Below, in pieces: positions 58,809 to 64,000 of a stretch of DNA of 64,000 nucleotides. The position numbers and the translations under genes were made by a program. Position 1 is the stretch's first letter; each line of letters opens with the position of its first letter. The stretch spans positions 1 through 64,000 of the forward strand of contig JBKJLC010000083.1 of assembly GCA_046597055.1 (NCBI GenBank), written 5' to 3'. The DNA comes from Kofleriaceae bacterium (GTDB taxonomy: Bacteria > Myxococcota_A > Polyangia > Haliangiales > Haliangiaceae). A model generated the notes under the pieces. The model had not been told where the DNA came from, ran no database searches, and saw only the letters and a program-made list of their open reading frames with translations.

Positions 58809-60083
58809 CTACGCGCCGGCCAGCCGGAGCAGGATGGCGCGGGCCGCCTCGGGGCGGACGTCGCCGGCCGCGGCCATCTCGGCGGCGACATCGTCGACTT
58901 GCTCGGACGAGGCGCCGGCCGAGCGGGCGACGGCGCGGGCGTGCAGGGCCATGTGACCGCGCTGGATACCCTCGGTGGCCAGCGCGCGCAGGGCCGCGAG
59001 GTTGCACGCGAGACCCGCCGCGGCCGCCAGCGCGGCCAGGCGGGCGGCGCTGGCGGCGCCGGCCAGGCGCAGCGCCAGCCGGGCGCCGGGGTGGACGTGG
59101 AGCGCGCCGCCGACGGTGCCGACCGCCAGCGGCAGCTCGAGCTCGCCGAGCAGCGCGCCGGGCGCCTCGCGCCACACCGCGAGCGGCCGGTACGCGCCGG
59201 TGCGCGCGGCGTAGGCGTGGGCCCCGGCCTCGACCGCGCGCCAGTCCTGGCCGGCCGCGAGCAGCACCGCGTCGATGCCGTTCATGACGCCCTTGTTGTG
59301 GGTCGCGGCTCGGTACGGATCGAGCTCGGCGAACCGTGACGCCGCGGCGATCGCGGCGCGGACCTCGTGGCCGGGAGTGTGCGCGTCGCCCAGGGCCGGG
59401 TCGGGCACCCGGCACGAGATCCGGACTGTCCGGCGATCGGACAAATTGGAAAGGATGCGCAGGCCGACCCGGCCGCGCGCGATGGCGGCCGCCTCGTCGG
59501 CCAGCCGCTCGCACAGCGTGTTGACCAGGTTGGCGCCCATCGCCTCGACGCAGTCGACGTCGAGGTGGATCACGACCACCCCGCCATCGAGGCCGGCGCG
59601 GGCCAGGATCCGGCTGGAGATCGCGACCGGACCGCCGCCGCGCGCGCACAGCCGGGGCGCGAGGTCGCGAGCGCGCGCGAGCAGGCGCGGGGCGTGGTCG
59701 GCGAGCGCCGCGGTCGCCGCGTCGACGTCGGCGACGTGCGTGACCTGGATCTGGCCGGTGACCACCGCCGGCGCCACCACCGCGGTGAAGCCGCCTCCGG
59801 CGCGGACCATGCGGGCGCCGTTGCCGGCCGCCGCGACCACCGACGGCTCCTCGACCACCATCGGGACCAGCGCGTCGACGCCGTCGACCGTGAAGTTGGT
59901 CGCGACCGCGAACGGCAGCGCGTAGCGGCCGAGCACGTTCTCGATCATGTCGTCGGCCGCCTCGAGCGTGAGGCCGTCGTCGAGGGCGTCGAGCTCGGCC
60001 AGCGCGAGGCCCGCCGCCTCTGCCACCCGCCGGCGGCGCTCGGCCACCGGGACCGCGTACAGGCCAGGCAGGCGAGACGACAT
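58809..60083 (-). CDS. mvaA: HMG-CoA reductase (class II)
   Basis: MIENVLG, EEPSVVAA, EAMGAN, ILSNL, YRAATHNKG.MNG, GIQRGHM.LH. Confidence 0.94.
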   Translation of the reverse strand: MSSRLPGLYAVPVAERRRRVAEAAGLALAELDALDDGLTLEAADDMIENVLGRYALPFAVATNFTVDGVDALVPMVVEEPSVVAAAGNGARMVRAGGGFTAVVAPAVVTGQIQVTHVADVDAATAALADHAPRLLARARDLAPRLCARGGGPVAISSRILARAGLDGGVVVIHLDVDCVEAMGANLVNTLCERLADEAAAIARGRVGLRILSNLSDRRTVRISCRVPDPALGDAHTPGHEVRAAIAAASRFAELDPYRAATHNKGVMNGIDAVLLAAGQDWRAVEAGAHAYAARTGAYRPLAVWREAPGALLGELELPLAVGTVGGALHVHPGARLALRLAGAASAARLAALAAAAGLACNLAALRALATEGIQRGHMALHARAVARSAGASSEQVDDVAAEMAAAGDVRPEAARAILLRLAGA

Positions 60084-60094
60084 GGGCTCGGACC

Positions 60095-61024
60095 TTATGC
60101 CCCGTGCGGTCGGAAGTCCACGCCGGTCGGGTCGACCGCGAGCGGCAGGGGCGCCAGCGCCGCGGCCGCGATCACGTCGCGCAGCTCGCCCGGATCGACC
60201 GTGGCCGGGGCCGCGATGACGACCACGTCGCCCCCGCCAGCGCCGGTGGTCTTGGCGGCGGCGCCGAGCCGGCGCAGCGCGGCCTGGAGCGCGGTCACCG
60301 CTGGGGGGACCAGGGCGACCCCGGTGGTGGTGGCGAGCGCGGCGAGCGCGCGACCGCCGGCGTCGATCGCGGCGATCGCGCGGACGGCATCGGGCGCGGC
60401 CGCGAGGTCGGCGGCGGCCGCGGCGATCGCGCGCAGGGCGTCCTCGACGCCGGGCGCCAGCCGGGCGCGCGCCGCCTGGACCGCCTTCACGAGCGTCGCG
60501 GTGTCGGCCGGGGCGCCGGTCCACACGAACGCGAGCTGCAGGTCGGTCGGCAGCGTGACCGGCTCGACCGCGCCGGCGCGAAAGCCGATCACGCCGCCGT
60601 GGGTCGCGGCCGCGATGTCGGCACCGCTGCCAGGCGCGCCACGCCGACCCTGCGCGCGCGCATGAGCGACGTGGGCCAGCCCGCGGATCACGCCCGGGTC
60701 GGTGACCCCGGCCAGCCCGCAGGCGAGGCCGATCGCGGCGACGGTGGCGGCGGCCGACGAGCCCAGGCCGAGCTTGCGGTCGCGATCGCGCAGCGGGTTG
60801 GTGTCGACGTCGATGCGGGCGAACGGCGCGGCCGCATCGACGCCGAGCTTCTCGGCGACCACGTCGCGGGCGGCGACCAGGAATGGCGACGGCGCCACCG
60901 GCGCGCGCGCGAGGGTCGCCCGGGCCCGGCGATCGACCGCGACCAGCACCGCCAGCCCGCCGTCGAGGACCGCGTACTCGCCGGCGAGCATGACCTTGCC
61001 GGGTGCGGTCGCGACCGCGGTCAT
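60095..61024 (-). CDS. Phosphomevalonate kinase (GHMP family)
   Basis: APGKVMLAGEYAVL, KLGLGSSAA, GSGADIAA, KTTGAGGGD. Confidence 0.88.
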   Translation of the reverse strand: MTAVATAPGKVMLAGEYAVLDGGLAVLVAVDRRARATLARAPVAPSPFLVAARDVVAEKLGVDAAAPFARIDVDTNPLRDRDRKLGLGSSAAATVAAIGLACGLAGVTDPGVIRGLAHVAHARAQGRRGAPGSGADIAAATHGGVIGFRAGAVEPVTLPTDLQLAFVWTGAPADTATLVKAVQAARARLAPGVEDALRAIAAAAADLAAAPDAVRAIAAIDAGGRALAALATTTGVALVPPAVTALQAALRRLGAAAKTTGAGGGDVVVIAAPATVDPGELRDVIAAAALAPLPLAVDPTGVDFRPHGA

Positions 61025-62028
61025 GGGCCCGCTGCCTCGGCGATCACGACGGCTGGGCCCCCGGCGGCGGCGACGGTCACCGCGGTCACGCCCGGCACCG
61101 CGCGCATCGCGGCCGCGACCGCGTCGGCATCGGCGCGGTCGGTCAGGACCTTGACGTGGGGCCCGGCGTCCATCGTCGCCCACGCCATCCGGCCGGCGGC
61201 GCGCAGCCCGCGCACGGCCTCGAGCGCGGCCAGGCTCGCCGGCAGCCAGTAGATGATCGGCGGCCGCGACGCGATCGCGGTGGCGTGCATCGCCAGCGCG
61301 TCGTGCTCGGCGACCGCGCCCAGCGCGGCCAGATCGCCCGCCGCGATCGCCGCCTCGGCGCTGATCAGGTCGCGCGGGACCACCGCCAGCCAGCCGGGGT
61401 AGAGCGGCGAGGTCTCCGCACAGTGCTCCATCGCGTCGCGCGAGCCGTGGGTCTTGGCGACGCCGCCACCGATCTCGCATACGACCATGCGCACCCGCGC
61501 CGCCAGCGCCGGCGCATCGATCGGCGTCGCGTAGGCGTCGTCCCCATCGGGACGCGCGCCGGCGTGCATGCGGACGAACCCGCCGTGGATCGAGCGCGCC
61601 GCCGAGCCCGAGCCGATCCGCGCCAGCCGCGACAGCGCCGCGGCGTCGAGCGTGAGCCCGGCCGCGCGGGTCGCCGCCAGCGCGAGCGCGGCGAACCCCG
61701 ACGCCGACGACGCCAGCCCCGACGCGGTCGGGAAGTGATTCACCGTGTCGATCGCGGCGTGGGCGCGGGTGCCCGCGATCGCGCGGACCTGATCGAGCCA
61801 GACGCTGGTGCGGGCCAGCACGCCGGCCGCGGCGGGCGCGCCGCCCAGCCGCATCTCGTCGGCGGGGAGGGCCGGGTCGAACCGCACGGTGGTGATCGTG
61901 GTCAGCGCGTCGAGCGTGAGCGACAGGCTGCCGGCCGCGGGCAGGTTGCGCGCGGCGTCGCGCTTGCCCCAGTACTTGACGAGCGCGATGTTGGCGCAGG
62001 CGCGGGCGGTGACAGGCTGGCCGATCAT
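61021..62028 (-). CDS. mvaD: Diphosphomevalonate decarboxylase
   Basis: NIALVKYWGKRD, PTASGLASSASG, GSGSAARS, TMDAGPHVK. Confidence 0.96.
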   Translation of the reverse strand: MIGQPVTARACANIALVKYWGKRDAARNLPAAGSLSLTLDALTTITTVRFDPALPADEMRLGGAPAAAGVLARTSVWLDQVRAIAGTRAHAAIDTVNHFPTASGLASSASGFAALALAATRAAGLTLDAAALSRLARIGSGSAARSIHGGFVRMHAGARPDGDDAYATPIDAPALAARVRMVVCEIGGGVAKTHGSRDAMEHCAETSPLYPGWLAVVPRDLISAEAAIAAGDLAALGAVAEHDALAMHATAIASRPPIIYWLPASLAALEAVRGLRAAGRMAWATMDAGPHVKVLTDRADADAVAAAMRAVPGVTAVTVAAAGGPAVVIAEAAGP

Positions 62029-62944
62029 GGGGTTCCTCCGACGGTGGCGATGAAGCCGTCCTTGCCGAGCGCGCGCCAGCCCGCGAGCACCGCGTCCTCG
62101 CGGCCGGGCGCCAGCGCGATCACCGCGCCGCCACCACCGCCACCGGTGAGCTTGGCGCCGGCCGCACCGGCCGCGGTCGCGGCGGCGACCAGCTGGTCGA
62201 GCACCGGCGCCGACACGCCCAGCCGGGCCAGGCGCTGGTGGGCCTCCGCGAAGATCGCGCCCAGCTGGGCGTGATCGCGGGGCGCGTCCGCGCCGAGGAG
62301 CTGCGCAGCGGTCTCGGCGCTGGCGCCGAGCGCCGCCAGCTCGGCATCGACCGAGGTCGGGTGCGCGGCCCGCGCGGCGGCGACCCGCTCGACCATCGCG
62401 GCGGTGGACCGCGGCTGGCCCGACAGCCCGATCACGACGGTGAGCGGGGCCGCCGCCAGCGGGGTCAGCCCGGCGCCGCGACGGAACAGGCCGAACCCGC
62501 CGCGGGTGGCGATCGCGACGTCGACCCCGCTCGGATTGCCGTGGAAGCAGCGCTCGGCGTGATCGGCGATCGCCGCGACCGCGTCGTCGTCGAGCTGGCG
62601 CCCGGTCGCCACCGCCAGCGCGCGGGTGATCGCGACCGCGAGCGCGGCCGACGAGCCCAGCCCGGCCCGCGCCGCCAGGTCGCTAACGCCGTCGAGCCCG
62701 AAGCCTCGCTCGAGGCCGAGCGCGCCCGCGACCGCGACCAGCGCGCGCGCGACCGGATGGTCGTCGTCGGCGCCCACGTCGATCGACCAGCCCGGCACCC
62801 GCAGCGCCAGCGGCCCCGGTCGCGCCGTCGCGATCAGCGCGACGCCACGATCGAGCGCGCCGGCCAGCGCCGGGTGGCCGTAGACCGCGGCGTGCTCGCC
62901 GACAAGGATCACCTTGCCGTGACCGCGGCTGGGCGCCGGCGGGG

Positions 62945-62948
<4 letters not shown>
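62025..62948 (-). CDS. mvk: Mevalonate kinase
   Basis: GKVILVGEHAAVYG, GLGSSAA, HGNPSGVD, KLTGGGGGG. Confidence 0.93.

Positions 62949-64000
<1,052 letters not shown>

Overview
Very GC-rich bacterial chromosome segment, almost certainly from a myxobacterium (Myxococcota). This inference rests on MYXO-CTERM-type proteins, many Ser/Thr kinases, FHA/sigma54 activators, type IV pilins with PilR, and a mevalonate operon. Left to right: two tandem type IV pilin genes with a sigma54 promoter and pilR; housekeeping genes (peroxiredoxin, methyltransferase, J-domain protein, rpoZ, UPF0158, DUF429, tRNA-Leu(CAA)); a DUF455 ferritin-like plus ATP-grasp pair; two paralogous MYXO-CTERM zincin-like proteins; Ca/Na antiporter, SCO, a large kinase-STAND-TPR protein and a DEDDh exonuclease. 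Next comes a translationally coupled operon of three ClpA/B-like double-AAA+ ATPases (25999-35185), two of which end in a GGQ-less peptide-release-factor-like domain; this is the most unusual system in the window. It is followed by a REP-associated tyrosine transposase with an adjacent structured element, a kinase/FHA signalling cluster, secreted enzymes and rarA. A decayed accessory patch holds orphan ureF-ureG, a DUF3494 ice-binding lipoprotein, an IS66 remnant, a broken AraC-GyrI gene and a TetR with two operators. The window ends with hpnC and a mevalonate operon (fni-mvk-mvaD-pmk-HMGR). All calls come from motif recognition by eye; no database searches were run, and many start codons are best estimates.
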